Positions 28,121-38,038 are shown, numbered from the stretch's first letter. The stretch: 64,000 nucleotides of DNA from an uncultured Bdellovibrionales bacterium (GCA_964384235.1 CAYLJX010000001.1:305709-369708), one strand, 5' to 3'. Notes: generated by a model not told the origin, from the letters alone. Numbers and translations: made by a program.

Positions 28121-28159
28121 TCGAACAGAAGTACATATAATGGCTTAAAAAAGCCATTA

Positions 28160-30553
28160 TTAGTTCCTTAATCCCCCTCCTAGCCGCTCATTCGCCAAAG
28201 CGACTATCCTGTCGAAAACGGCATCCATCTCCTCGCTCTTGAGCGTCCGGTCCGGCGCCCCGAAGAAGAGATGGAAGGCGAGGCTCTTTTCTTCGTCCTT
28301 CTCGTAGATATCGAAGAGTTCAAAGCGCGTGAGAAGCGGCGCTCCGGCTTCGCGGAACAGTTCTTCGACTTGACTCACGGTCGTCTTGCGAGGAACGACA
28401 AGAGAGATATCACGCGTCGCATTGGGAAACTTCTGGAGCGGGGCAAAGAGGATTTCTTGCTGCCGCAGCATCCGGAGATCTTCCGTGACGAATCCGGCCA
28501 TCGCGAGGCGCGGTTCCAATCCGAAGTTGCGGAGTACCTGCGGGTGGAACTCCCCGATGATACCGATCGGTTTTCCGGAAACCGCGATCACCGCGCTCCT
28601 CGTCGGATGAAGCATCGCAAGTACGGGAATATGAGGGAATTTTTCCGGCAGTTCCCAGGAGATTTTTTCCGTATCGATACGAAGGGCTTCCAGGAAAGCC
28701 AACGTCTTTCCCTTGATGGACAGGAATGCTTCGCCTCGCGCGCTCTTTTTCGGAAGAACGGTGAAGAGTCCGAGCGATGAGACCTCCGCCGGGAGATGGG
28801 TTTTCGGATCCTTGGCGAACGCTCTCCCCCACTCGAAACAATCGAAAGCATCGAAATGACGGAGATTCTCACCCGCCTTGCGGAGAAAGAGCGGTACGGT
28901 CGAGAGCGCGAGATACTTCTGGTCAGGATTGAGAGGGTTCTCAAGTTCCAGATGCGCCTCAAGCGGAAGTCTGGCCGACGCGATATCTTTCTCACCGTAG
29001 AAGGCGTAGGTCATGATCTCGTCGAAACCGGCATGCGAGCAATACTCTTTTACTTCGCGTTCGAAACGTTTGCCGGGATCCTCCGTTACCGGGGCGAGCG
29101 CGATCCGCGGTGCCGTCGCGACGACCTTGTCATAGCCGCGCATCCGGCCGATCTCCTCGATCAAGTCCCATTCGTCACGGAGATCCGGACGCCTGGTCGG
29201 AACGGTCACCTCGAGCGCTTTCTCGTTGGCGATCTTCTTCACCTTGAGTCCGAGAAGCGCCAGATACTGCACCGCCTCGAAAAGAGGGATCTTGGTCCCG
29301 AGGACCCCTTCTACCCGACTGAGCGAGAGCGATACTTTCCACGGCTTGGTCAGAGGGGCATGGACATCCCGCATACCAACGAGCTTGGCGCCGGTAAGCG
29401 ACACGAAGAGCGCCGCCGCCTCACGGGCCGCATCCGTCGGAAGATGGATATCGAGTCCTCGCTCGAAGCGATAACTCGCGTCGGTCGAAAGACCGTGTCG
29501 TACTTTGGCACGACGGATCGTACTACCGTCAAAGTTGGCGATCTCAAGGAAAACCTTTTTCGTCTCGAGTGTCACGGAGGAACCCTTCCCGCCCATGACA
29601 CCCGCAAGCGCGAGCGCTTTCTTGGCGTCGGCGATGACGAGATCCTCGGCGTGAAGCGTCACCGTTTCCCCGGTGAGCAGCTCGAGCTTTTCGTTCTTCT
29701 TGGCGCGACGGATCGTCACCGGACTTTTCAGTTTGTCGAGATCGAAGGCGTGCATCGGCTGCCCCGTCAGGAGCATGAGATAGTTGGTGCAATCGACGAC
29801 GTTGTTGATGGGCCGCAGTCCGGAAAGCAGGAGCTTGGACTTGAGCCACAAAGGCGACTCCCCGACCATGACATCTGTGAAGGCGAGTCCGACATAGCGC
29901 GGACAAGCTTTCTTGTCGGCGATGACGACCTTGGGGGAGCGGTTGTACGATGGGATATGCAGGGACTTGAGTTTCTTGTCGACGAAGCGCGGGGCATGTC
30001 CGTCGAGTGCGGCGATCTCGCGCGCGAGTCCCTGATAGGCGATCGCATCGGAGCCACGATCCGGCAGGATCTTCACGTCGAGAATGTTATCCTCGATCTC
30101 AAAATACTTGGCAAACGGAGCGCCGACCGGCGTGTCTTCCGGCAGGACCAGAATACCTTCATGCCCCTCGCCGAGAGCCAGTTCTTTCTCGGAGCAGATC
30201 ATTCCCTTGGACTTCACATCTCGGATATCCGCCTCCTTGATCTCGATACCGCTCGGAAGCTTGGTACCTGGAAGCGCGACAGCGACCTTCTGTCCTTCGG
30301 CGACATTGGGCGCACCGCAGACGATCTGACGGATATCCTTCTTGCCTACTTCCACTTTGGCCACACGCAACCGGTCGGCATTGGGATGCGATTTCAGTGA
30401 CACGACCTTCCCGACGACTACTCCGTCGAGACCATGCGCGTACTTTTCGATGCTCTCCACCTCGAAGGCATGCGTCATGAGAAGCTTCCCAAGCTGTTCA
30501 GCCGACTTCTTCGTTCCGCTCAATTCTTTTAACCAGTGATAGCTGTATTTCAT
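28160..30553 (-). CDS. pheT: Phenylalanine--tRNA ligase beta subunit
   Basis: 797 aa with an N-terminal tRNA-binding domain, B3/B4 and B5 domains, and a C-terminal FDX-ACB domain. Confidence 0.95.
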   Translation of the reverse strand: MKYSYHWLKELSGTKKSAEQLGKLLMTHAFEVESIEKYAHGLDGVVVGKVVSLKSHPNADRLRVAKVEVGKKDIRQIVCGAPNVAEGQKVAVALPGTKLPSGIEIKEADIRDVKSKGMICSEKELALGEGHEGILVLPEDTPVGAPFAKYFEIEDNILDVKILPDRGSDAIAYQGLAREIAALDGHAPRFVDKKLKSLHIPSYNRSPKVVIADKKACPRYVGLAFTDVMVGESPLWLKSKLLLSGLRPINNVVDCTNYLMLLTGQPMHAFDLDKLKSPVTIRRAKKNEKLELLTGETVTLHAEDLVIADAKKALALAGVMGGKGSSVTLETKKVFLEIANFDGSTIRRAKVRHGLSTDASYRFERGLDIHLPTDAAREAAALFVSLTGAKLVGMRDVHAPLTKPWKVSLSLSRVEGVLGTKIPLFEAVQYLALLGLKVKKIANEKALEVTVPTRRPDLRDEWDLIEEIGRMRGYDKVVATAPRIALAPVTEDPGKRFEREVKEYCSHAGFDEIMTYAFYGEKDIASARLPLEAHLELENPLNPDQKYLALSTVPLFLRKAGENLRHFDAFDCFEWGRAFAKDPKTHLPAEVSSLGLFTVLPKKSARGEAFLSIKGKTLAFLEALRIDTEKISWELPEKFPHIPVLAMLHPTRSAVIAVSGKPIGIIGEFHPQVLRNFGLEPRLAMAGFVTEDLRMLRQQEILFAPLQKFPNATRDISLVVPRKTTVSQVEELFREAGAPLLTRFELFDIYEKDEEKSLAFHLFFGAPDRTLKSEEMDAVFDRIVALANERLGGGLRN

Positions 30554-30556
30554 ATA

Positions 30557-31597
30557 CTAGAATTGTCGGATAAACCGCAGGTCGCCGCTCATGAGGAGAC
30601 GGATGTCGGAAATCTTGTACTTCATCATAGCGAGACGGGTCAGACCGAAGCCCCAGGCAAATCCCTGGTACTGACCCCGCTTGTAACCGGCTGCTTCGAA
30701 CACCCGCTGATTAACCATGCCGGCCCCCCCGATCTCGAGCCAGCCGGACTGCTTACACACCGCGCAGCCCTTACCATCGCAGAGGATACAGCTGATATCG
30801 AACTCGAAACTCGGCTCAGTAAAAGGAAAAAAGCTCGGTCGCAAACGGATATCCACCTTCTTCCCGAAGAAGTTCTCGAAAAAGACTTCAGCCACGTACT
30901 TGAAAGTCGCGACATTCACTTTGGCTCCCTCGTCGACCATCAGACACTCGAACTGATGAAAGGTGTGCTCATGCGAAGCATCGGTCGCCTCATTGCGGAA
31001 GATCCGACCGGGAATGATGATCCGGAGCGGCGGTTTGTGCGTCTGCATATACCGCACCTGGACAGCCGAGGTATGCGTGCGTGGGAGATAGCGCTCCTTG
31101 TGTTTCTTGTCTGTCTTGATCCAAAAGGTATCCTGCATGTCGCGCGCGGGATGGTCCTTGAGAAAGTTCAGAGCATCGAAGTTGTAGAACTCGCTCTCGA
31201 CTTCCGGACCGTCCGCCACGACGAAACCCATCGAAGCGAAGATGTCTTCCACCTCGTGCTCGAGACGCGTGATAGGATGCAGATGCCCGACCGCTCTTTT
31301 CGTCCCGGGAGCGGTGATGTCGATCCGCTCTTTCTCCCAGTCGATGCTCCCTTCGGTCAGTTCGTTTTTCTTGGACTCAAAAGCCTTCACCAGCGTCTGC
31401 CTGGCGTTGTTCGCAAGCGGTCCGACGACACGCTTCTCTTCCGGCGAGAGGTCTTTCAGTCCCTTAAGAAGCGAATTGAGCTCACTCTTGCGACCGAGGT
31501 ATTTCACTTCCCACACTTCCAACTCGGCCACCGTCTTGATGGCCGCGAGGGATTCCTCTCCTTCCTTCCTGATATGGGCGATGCGTTCCTGTAACAT
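30557..31597 (-). CDS. pheS: Phenylalanine--tRNA ligase alpha subunit
   Basis: 346 aa with class II aaRS motifs (FRNE, GAGMV). Confidence 0.95.
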   Translation of the reverse strand: MLQERIAHIRKEGEESLAAIKTVAELEVWEVKYLGRKSELNSLLKGLKDLSPEEKRVVGPLANNARQTLVKAFESKKNELTEGSIDWEKERIDITAPGTKRAVGHLHPITRLEHEVEDIFASMGFVVADGPEVESEFYNFDALNFLKDHPARDMQDTFWIKTDKKHKERYLPRTHTSAVQVRYMQTHKPPLRIIIPGRIFRNEATDASHEHTFHQFECLMVDEGAKVNVATFKYVAEVFFENFFGKKVDIRLRPSFFPFTEPSFEFDISCILCDGKGCAVCKQSGWLEIGGAGMVNQRVFEAAGYKRGQYQGFAWGFGLTRLAMMKYKISDIRLLMSGDLRFIRQF

Positions 31598-31618
31598 GTC
31601 CCTATTCTATCGAAAAAG

Positions 31619-32815
31619 TCATTTCTTTTCAAAAACGATCCTGACGAAATCTTTCTTGCCGACCTTGAGGACGTTGCCGTCGTGATCCTTGTTCACGACG
31701 AACTGCCCATCGGTCACCTTTTCCCCGTCAAGCTCCACGCCACCCTGCTCGATCTTTCGACGGGCATCCCCTTTGCTCGAAGCAAGGCTGTTCTTCACGA
31801 TGAGATCGACAAGAGCTATCGGCTCTTCAAGGATCGCCTCCGGCATGTTTTCCGGCACATGCTTCTTGGAAAACGTCTCGATAAAATATTGCTCTTCCTT
31901 GTCCGCGGCATCGGCACCATGGTAGAGCGTGACGATTTCCTTGGCGAGGCGGAGCTTGGCATCGCGCGGGTTACCGCCGTTTATGATATCGGCCGCCATT
32001 TTTTCCACTTCCGTCATGGGGACGCGCGTACAATGGACGAAATATTCCATGATGAGTTCGTCGGGAATGCTCATGATTTTCCCGAACATGTCATTCGACG
32101 TATCGAGGAGGTTGATGGTATTTCCCCAGCTCGAACTCATCTTGCGCCCGTCCGTTCCGAGGATGAGGTCGGTCATGAGGATGTCCTGCGTCGGCTGGCC
32201 GTGCGCTTCCTGGAGACGCCGACCAGCGAGCAGATTGAAGCGCTGATCCGTACCGCCGATCTCCACATCGGCATTGACCGCAATACTGTCGAAACCCTGC
32301 ATGAGAGGATAAAATGCCTCCCGCATGGATACGCGTTTTCCGGCATCCAGACGCCGTTTGATATTGTCCCGAGCAATGAACTCAGCCAATGAGAAGATAC
32401 TCGCCTGCTGTCCGATTTCTTCGTAACCAAGCTTGTCGAGCCAGGTGGAATTGTAATGCACTTCGGCTTTCTCAAGATCGATAAGTTTGCCCATCTGCCC
32501 GGTATATGTCTTCATGTTCTGCTCTATCGTTTCAGACGAAAGCATGGGCCGTTCGCTTTCTTTGTCGCTCGTATCACCGATCTGACCAGTAAAATCACCG
32601 ACAATCAGCACAATCTGGCAACCAAGCTCCTGAAAATCACGAAGCTTGAGAAGTGACACTGCCCGACCGAGGTGGATATTCGGACTCGTCGGATCGATGC
32701 CAAGCTTCACCCGGAGCTTCTCGCCTTTCAGAAGGCGCGCCTTCAGATGTTCCCGGTCGATCGTTTCGGCAACACCGCGGGTGAGGAGCTCTTCGATCTT
32801 TTGTTCTCTGTCCAT
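31619..32815 (-). CDS. tyrS: Tyrosine--tRNA ligase
   Basis: 398 aa with a HIGH-like GIDPTSPNIHLG motif, a KMSKS-like KMSSS motif and a C-terminal S4 domain. Confidence 0.9.
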   Translation of the reverse strand: MDREQKIEELLTRGVAETIDREHLKARLLKGEKLRVKLGIDPTSPNIHLGRAVSLLKLRDFQELGCQIVLIVGDFTGQIGDTSDKESERPMLSSETIEQNMKTYTGQMGKLIDLEKAEVHYNSTWLDKLGYEEIGQQASIFSLAEFIARDNIKRRLDAGKRVSMREAFYPLMQGFDSIAVNADVEIGGTDQRFNLLAGRRLQEAHGQPTQDILMTDLILGTDGRKMSSSWGNTINLLDTSNDMFGKIMSIPDELIMEYFVHCTRVPMTEVEKMAADIINGGNPRDAKLRLAKEIVTLYHGADAADKEEQYFIETFSKKHVPENMPEAILEEPIALVDLIVKNSLASSKGDARRKIEQGGVELDGEKVTDGQFVVNKDHDGNVLKVGKKDFVRIVFEKK

Positions 32816-32828
32816 ACGAGAAGGGACA

Positions 32829-33131
32829 TTAGATACCCAATTTACGCTTGGCGAGACGATATTGATCGTCGGAAATCTGCCCTGCCTTTTTCATGGCGTC
32901 CAGCGAGGCGAGGATCTCGTCCTTGTGCTTGGCGACGTTCTTGGGCGTCATGGCCTTGCGCATGAGCTTCTCACGCTCCTGCGGACTCATGGCCATGATA
33001 CGCTTCATGGCGAAGCGCTGGAGCATGTTCATGTCTTCCATCTTCGGAGCACCGGACGCGTTCAGGAAGTCCTCGTCCTGCCGTTTCTCCTTTTCGGATT
33101 TCTCTCTTTTTTTGAACGGGTTCCATTTCAT
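32829..33131 (-). CDS. Hypothetical small basic protein
   Basis: 100 aa, ATG verified, Lys/Arg-rich. Positioned immediately upstream of tyrS in the same orientation. Confidence 0.45.
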   Translation of the reverse strand: MKWNPFKKREKSEKEKRQDEDFLNASGAPKMEDMNMLQRFAMKRIMAMSPQEREKLMRKAMTPKNVAKHKDEILASLDAMKKAGQISDDQYRLAKRKLGI

Positions 33132-33138
33132 ACGAAAA

Positions 33139-33170
33139 GTATTATGTAGGATGTATTACGTATTATGTAT
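33139..33170. repeat. Two solo copies of the GTATTATGTA(T) motif that also flanks the four-helix-bundle gene
   Basis: gtattatgta at 33139-33148 and acgtattatgtat at 33158-33170, in an AT-rich gtat/atac-rich spacer between secF and the tyrS-operon start. Confidence 0.5.
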
Positions 33171-33230
33171 GAGGATCCTGATCATGAGTATTCCATACAT
33201 ACTACATGATACGAGATACCTGATACATCT

Positions 33231-34127
33231 TCATTTCGTTTTCATCTTATACCTCGTGACCAACAGCGCCGACGCGACGTAGATGGACGAATAGGTACCG
33301 AAGGTGACACCGATGAGGATGGCGAGCGCGAAATACCGGATGCTTTCCCCGCCGAAGAGCACGATGGCGAGGAGCGTGATGATGACCGTGAGCGAGGTGT
33401 TGACGGAACGGCCGAGCGTTTCGTTGAGCGAGCGGTTGACCGTCACTTCGAAGTCTTCGCCTTTGCGGGAACGGAGCAGATTCTCACGCACGCGGTCATA
33501 AACGACGATCGTGTCATTGACCGAATAGCCGAGGATAGTAAGGAGGGCTGCGATAAACGGGACACCGATTTCGATACCGTAGAACTTTCCCAGGATCACG
33601 AACGCTCCGATCGTCACGACGATATCATGGGCGAGCGCGATGATGGCACCGAGACCATACTCCCACGACGTGACTATCCCCGACACCCGACGGAAAGCCC
33701 AGGCGATATAGAGCGCGATACCGATGACGGAGAGTATCACCCCGCTGTAGGCGTTCTTCTTGATCTGATCGGAAACCGATCCCCCGATGAAGTCGGTGCG
33801 AAGGAGCGTCAGTCCCGGATCCAACCCCTTGAGTTTCCCGAGAACCTGTTCATTCCCCGCCTCATCGGACGCGAGATATCGGAGAAGCATCGCCTTGTCA
33901 CCCGTCGGCTGGACCGTGAGGCTCTGGAGCGAGAGGCTCCCGAGTGCCTCGGACACTTCCGCGACCTGCGGCACCGGATCCTTTGTGAACTGCACCTCCA
34001 TGAGCGTACCACCCTTGAAGTCGATACCGAGCTTGAGCCCCCACAGTGCCAAAAGAATCACACTCCCGACCGTAAGGATACCGGAGAACAGGTAGGCATA
34101 CTTTCTTTTCTGAATGATCTGCAACAT
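33231..34127 (-). CDS. secF: Protein translocase subunit SecF
   Basis: The track ORF begins with a TTG at 34154. The first ATG at 34125-34127 (MLQIIQKRKYAYLF...) is the more likely start. Typical SecF 6-TM organisation. Confidence 0.9.
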   Translation of the reverse strand: MLQIIQKRKYAYLFSGILTVGSVILLALWGLKLGIDFKGGTLMEVQFTKDPVPQVAEVSEALGSLSLQSLTVQPTGDKAMLLRYLASDEAGNEQVLGKLKGLDPGLTLLRTDFIGGSVSDQIKKNAYSGVILSVIGIALYIAWAFRRVSGIVTSWEYGLGAIIALAHDIVVTIGAFVILGKFYGIEIGVPFIAALLTILGYSVNDTIVVYDRVRENLLRSRKGEDFEVTVNRSLNETLGRSVNTSLTVIITLLAIVLFGGESIRYFALAILIGVTFGTYSSIYVASALLVTRYKMKTK

Positions 34128-34152
34128 ATATTTCAGTAAACAATCAGCAATC

Positions 34153-34230
34153 AACAGTCAACATCTTACACCGCACTTCATTTTCTTAATCGTATCCGGT
34201 TTATTGTTGACTGTTAACTGTTAACCGGAT
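34153..34230. repeat. secD-secF intergenic inverted repeat plus GTTAAC dyads
   Basis: An 11-bp perfect inverted repeat pairs AACAGTCAACA (34153-34163) with TGTTGACTGTT (34205-34215). CCGGTT...GTTAACTGTTAACCGG contains two GTTAAC sites. Confidence 0.5.
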
Positions 34231-35907
34231 TCACTCCAATGGTTTTTTCGGTGAAACAAGGAGATTAGAATGTTTCTCCATCCACTCTCCTGACAGAAAA
34301 TCGATGATGATGCGCACCAGGACCACTGCCGTAAAGAGCGAGAGAGCCACACCGAGCGCCAGGATGATCGCAAAACCCTTCACGAATCCGGTTCCGAGTC
34401 CCATGAGGATGAACGTCGTGATAAGAGTCGAGACGTGGCCGTCCCGGATGCTCGGCCAGGCACGACGGAAGCCTTCCTTCAGCGACTTGAGCACGTTCTT
34501 GCCATAGGAGAGTTCTTCGCGGGTGCGCTCGAAAATGAGCACGTTAGCATCGACCGCGATACCGATGGAGAGGATGAAACCAGCGATACCCGAGAGCGTC
34601 AGTGTGATGGCAAACGGCGTAAAGACAGAGAGCTTGAAAATAGTCGCGAGCATCGCCGTATACAGGAGAAGCGCGACGACCGCGATCACGCCGAGGAAGC
34701 GATAGTACAAGACCATGAACACCGCCACCGCCAACAGCCCCATCACACCGGCAAAGAGGCTCTGCTGGAGCGCGCTCTCCCCGAGCGACGCATCCACGCT
34801 CTGCTGTCCGACCAGGGTGATCGGTACCGGGAGTGCACCTTCGTTGAGACGCTTCACGAGAGCATTCGCCTCCTGCATGGTGAAGTTGCCGGTGATGACC
34901 GCCTGTCCTGCGACGATCTCGCTCTGGACGGTCGGCTGACTGATGATCTCGCCGTCGAGCATGATCGCGACCGGTTTTCCGATGTTTCGCTTGGTGATTT
35001 CGGCGAAGAGCCGGGTCCCTTCGTCATCGAACCGCAAAGCAATCTGAGGCGACCCGATACCCTGGCTCTGATAGTCCACGTAGGCATCTTTCAGATTTTT
35101 TCCGGAAAGTCCCGTTGCCTGGAACATCAGATCCGGGTACTGTTCGATGGAGCGCTTGATGAAGAGGATGTGCGAGGCGCGCACTTCCTTGTCGTCGCCC
35201 TCGCCACGCTCGTCGGTCTTCTTGATGATGTGCCAGCCGAACGGACTCTCCACGAGAGACGGATACACCTCGCCGTTCTTCAAAGCATCGCCGAAGACGA
35301 CATCATCGAACTGCGGAACGAACGTCCCCTTTTTGGCGAAATCCAAGTCACCGCCCTTGTCCTTGGATCCGGGGTCCTGACTGAATTCCGTCGCCAGCTT
35401 GGCAAAGTCTTCGCCTTTCTTGGCACGTTCCAAGACGCCCTCCGCCTGTCGCTTCGTCTCTGCATTGAACTCATCGAACTGCCTCTCAGCTTCCTCACCG
35501 GCCGGCTCACGGAACTCCAGAAACGGCGTCTCCTTGATCATCGATTTCGCCTGCTCGATATCCTTGATACCGGGAAGTTCCACGATGATATGGTGTTCCG
35601 TACCGGAACGCGAGAGCTGGACCAAGGGTTCACCGACACCGAAGGCGTTGACACGGCGTTCGATGACCGCCTCCGCGGCAGAGAGAGCGTCGCTCACTTT
35701 GGCGTCCTCCACCTGGGACACGTCGGCCTTGTACTCGAGGTGGATACCACCCTGCAAGTCGAGTCCTTTGTTGAACTTGAACTGGTCGAAGAAATCGAAG
35801 ATGCCCGGCACGAATTTCACCGCCTGCGGATAGGCGACAAGTCCGGTCAACAGACCAAGCAGGAGCACTCCGGCAAACTGGTAGCGGATTTTCGATTGAT
35901 ATTTCAT
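34231..35907 (-). CDS. secD: Protein translocase subunit SecD carrying an inserted parvulin-type PPIase domain
   Basis: 558 aa, ATG verified. A SecD TM1 and P1 head are followed by 6 C-terminal TM helices. Residues about 140-260 match parvulin (GEDFAKLATEFSQDPGSKDKGGDLDF...FGWHIIK...ASHILF). Confidence 0.85.
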   Translation of the reverse strand: MKYQSKIRYQFAGVLLLGLLTGLVAYPQAVKFVPGIFDFFDQFKFNKGLDLQGGIHLEYKADVSQVEDAKVSDALSAAEAVIERRVNAFGVGEPLVQLSRSGTEHHIIVELPGIKDIEQAKSMIKETPFLEFREPAGEEAERQFDEFNAETKRQAEGVLERAKKGEDFAKLATEFSQDPGSKDKGGDLDFAKKGTFVPQFDDVVFGDALKNGEVYPSLVESPFGWHIIKKTDERGEGDDKEVRASHILFIKRSIEQYPDLMFQATGLSGKNLKDAYVDYQSQGIGSPQIALRFDDEGTRLFAEITKRNIGKPVAIMLDGEIISQPTVQSEIVAGQAVITGNFTMQEANALVKRLNEGALPVPITLVGQQSVDASLGESALQQSLFAGVMGLLAVAVFMVLYYRFLGVIAVVALLLYTAMLATIFKLSVFTPFAITLTLSGIAGFILSIGIAVDANVLIFERTREELSYGKNVLKSLKEGFRRAWPSIRDGHVSTLITTFILMGLGTGFVKGFAIILALGVALSLFTAVVLVRIIIDFLSGEWMEKHSNLLVSPKKPLE

Positions 35908-35960
35908 ACTTCCTCAGTATATCGGGGACGCGGAGGAATTGCAAATCCAAGCCAAAAACC

Positions 35961-37661
35961 CTATCCCGGGTATCTTTCTTCCAGACGTTTGAGGACGCGT
36001 TCGGTCTGAGGGAGAAGTTTCGCGGCGTAGGCTTCGTAGCTCTCGACTGATGTAAGTCCACCGTTTTCCAAGAGAAGCAATCGGTCGAGACGGACGCGTT
36101 CGAGGAAGCGGCGGTCGTGCGTCACCAAGAGAAGTGTACCGGGATAATTTTCGAGCGCCTCTTCGAGAGCTTCGATCGCCTCAAGGTCGAGATGATTGGT
36201 CGGCTCGTCCAGGACAAGCACGTTCGCACCCTTGGCCGAGAGCAGCGCGAGGATGAACCGCACCCGCTCCCCTGGACTCAAGGTCTCTATCTTGTCATCG
36301 ATCACGTCCGGGGAAAACTGGAACCGTGTGAGATGTATGAGCACCTCGTCCTTGTCGTACATGTCGAGACGCTTTTTGAAGAGTCCGGAGAGCGTTTCCT
36401 TCTGTGGGATGTCCTCGTGCTCCTGCAAGAGATTGCCGAACACCAGCGCACTCCCACGGATCACTTCTCCTCCGAGCGGTGCGATCTCTCCGGAGAGCGT
36501 CTTCAGAAGCGTCGATTTGCCAGCACCGTTCGTCCCGAGGATGCCGAGACGTGTCCCGAACGGCACTTCCAGCGTCGCCGGCTCGGATCGGAAACCCTCC
36601 TCGTATCCGAACACGACATCCTTGAAGGCAATACTGTTTTCCTCTTCGCTTTTCTTCGGATCCAGAACGATGGAAATCGGCGTACGCTCAAGCGGCCGCT
36701 CCACTCCGCGCAATCGTTTCTCCCGTTCCTCTAGTACCTTGGCGGATGTGCTGAATTTCTTGGCGGCACGTTCTTTCTTGTAGTTCGAGGTAAGCTTGTC
36801 ACGGTCCGGCGCGATGCTTTCCTTGGTCCGTTCCACCCACTTCCTCTTCTGCTCCATAGAGGACAGAAGACGCGAGCGTTCCTCTTCCTGCATACGATAA
36901 GCTTCCTTGTGCTGGCGGACGACATGTGCCTTCATCTCGGCGAAGTCGCTCCACCCGCCGGTGTACATCGTGACATCCCGTCTGTACCAGTCGATCTCGA
37001 TGACCTTGTCCACGACGTTGTCGAGGAAGCGTCGGTCATGCGAAGCAATGAGACACGTCGCCTCGGAACGCGAGAGGTACCGCTCCAACCACAAGAGTGC
37101 CGGCAGGTCGAGATTGTTCGTCGGCTCGTCAAGCAACAACAGATCGACGCCGCGAAGGAGTACCGCCGCGAGCGCCGCCTTGCGCTTTTCCCCGCCGGAG
37201 AGTGTCGCCACTAAGACGTCGAGACCGACATGTGAGAGGAATAGTCCCTCGAGCATCCCTCGTACTTTTCGCTCGAAGTCGTACCCGCCGAGACGACGGT
37301 ACTCAGTTTCCAATGCCTCGTACTTTTCGAGCGCTTCCGGTTTCTCCAGGCGCGGCTCCAGGATTTTCATTCCTCTCTCGATTTCTTCGAGTCCTGCCAT
37401 ACGACGAAGGTATGCGAGGAGCGTTTCTTCAGACTGCGCTATTGATTCTTGTGACAGATATCCGATGAGGGCGCGTTTACCCACCTGACGTTCGCCCTTC
37501 TCGAAGGATTCTTCCCCTGCCACGATCCGAAGCAAAGTCGATTTGCCGACGCCGTTCTGCCCCACGAGCGCGACCTTCTGCCCGGCACCCAGACTGAAAG
37601 ACACCTTGTCCAGGACACGGCGCGTACCGAATGTTTTGCGGATATTCTTGAGCGTGAGCAT
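35961..37661 (-). CDS. ABC-F family ATPase (EttA/Uup/YheS-like, two ABC domains, no TMD)
   Basis: 566 aa with two Walker A motifs (GQNGVGKST and GTNGAGKST) and two signature motifs. Confidence 0.9.
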   Translation of the reverse strand: MLTLKNIRKTFGTRRVLDKVSFSLGAGQKVALVGQNGVGKSTLLRIVAGEESFEKGERQVGKRALIGYLSQESIAQSEETLLAYLRRMAGLEEIERGMKILEPRLEKPEALEKYEALETEYRRLGGYDFERKVRGMLEGLFLSHVGLDVLVATLSGGEKRKAALAAVLLRGVDLLLLDEPTNNLDLPALLWLERYLSRSEATCLIASHDRRFLDNVVDKVIEIDWYRRDVTMYTGGWSDFAEMKAHVVRQHKEAYRMQEEERSRLLSSMEQKRKWVERTKESIAPDRDKLTSNYKKERAAKKFSTSAKVLEEREKRLRGVERPLERTPISIVLDPKKSEEENSIAFKDVVFGYEEGFRSEPATLEVPFGTRLGILGTNGAGKSTLLKTLSGEIAPLGGEVIRGSALVFGNLLQEHEDIPQKETLSGLFKKRLDMYDKDEVLIHLTRFQFSPDVIDDKIETLSPGERVRFILALLSAKGANVLVLDEPTNHLDLEAIEALEEALENYPGTLLLVTHDRRFLERVRLDRLLLLENGGLTSVESYEAYAAKLLPQTERVLKRLEERYPG

Positions 37662-37678
37662 ATTTTTCCTAAAAAACG

Positions 37679-37707
37679 ATTATGCCACGCTTCATATAAA
37701 AAAGCAA
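37679..37707 (-). promoter_or_regulatory. Extended -10 promoter for the ABC-F gene (TTGCTT-17-TGGCATAAT), followed by an AGGA RBS
   Basis: Minus strand reads TTGCTTttttatatgaagcgTGGCATAATcgttttttAGGAaaaatATG. Confidence 0.5.
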
Positions 37708-37751
37708 CACTCCTCGGAAGCGAAGCGTCTCTCGCGGCATACTTGCTATCC

Positions 37752-37985
37752 CTATCGGGTCCTCCTCTTTTCTATTTCCGGCCACATCATCTCGAGATCC
37801 TTCTGGACCTGGGCCATATCGTCATGTTTGTCGAAGAATCCGTACCCGAGCTTTTCCTGGAGCAGCTCGTCCACCATGTCGATATACTCGTCATACGATT
37901 CCACGCCCTGCGCCCGCACCCTGGCCCGCAACTGAAAGTAGAGGCTTTGCAAGGAGACATCTTGTGGATTGACGGTCTGCATCAT
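37752..37985 (-). CDS. Hypothetical small acidic protein
   Basis: The track ORF starts with TTG. The in-frame ATG at 37985 (MMQTVNPQDV...) gives 77 aa. The overlapping plus-strand ORF 37743..38042 is less protein-like. Confidence 0.4.
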   Translation of the reverse strand: MMQTVNPQDVSLQSLYFQLRARVRAQGVESYDEYIDMVDELLQEKLGYGFFDKHDDMAQVQKDLEMMWPEIEKRRTR

Positions 37986-38038
37986 AGGTTCTTGTTTCGC
38001 TGTACTATAATACAAGCGTCCATGGAAAAATATTCTCC

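Noticed and set aside
28139-28158. Hairpin aatggcttaaaaaagccatt as a pheT terminator
   Set aside because: It has a short A/T-loop stem with no convincing U-run on the minus strand. At most it is a weak terminator. The region is better explained as the rnpB promoter surroundings.
28796-31594. 534-aa and 352-aa plus-strand ORFs antisense to pheT and pheS
   Set aside because: Overlap essential, highly conserved aaRS genes on the opposite strand. These are GC-driven open frames.
34435-36009. 524-aa plus-strand ORF antisense to secD
   Set aside because: Antisense to secD. Arg/Asp-rich low-complexity translation.
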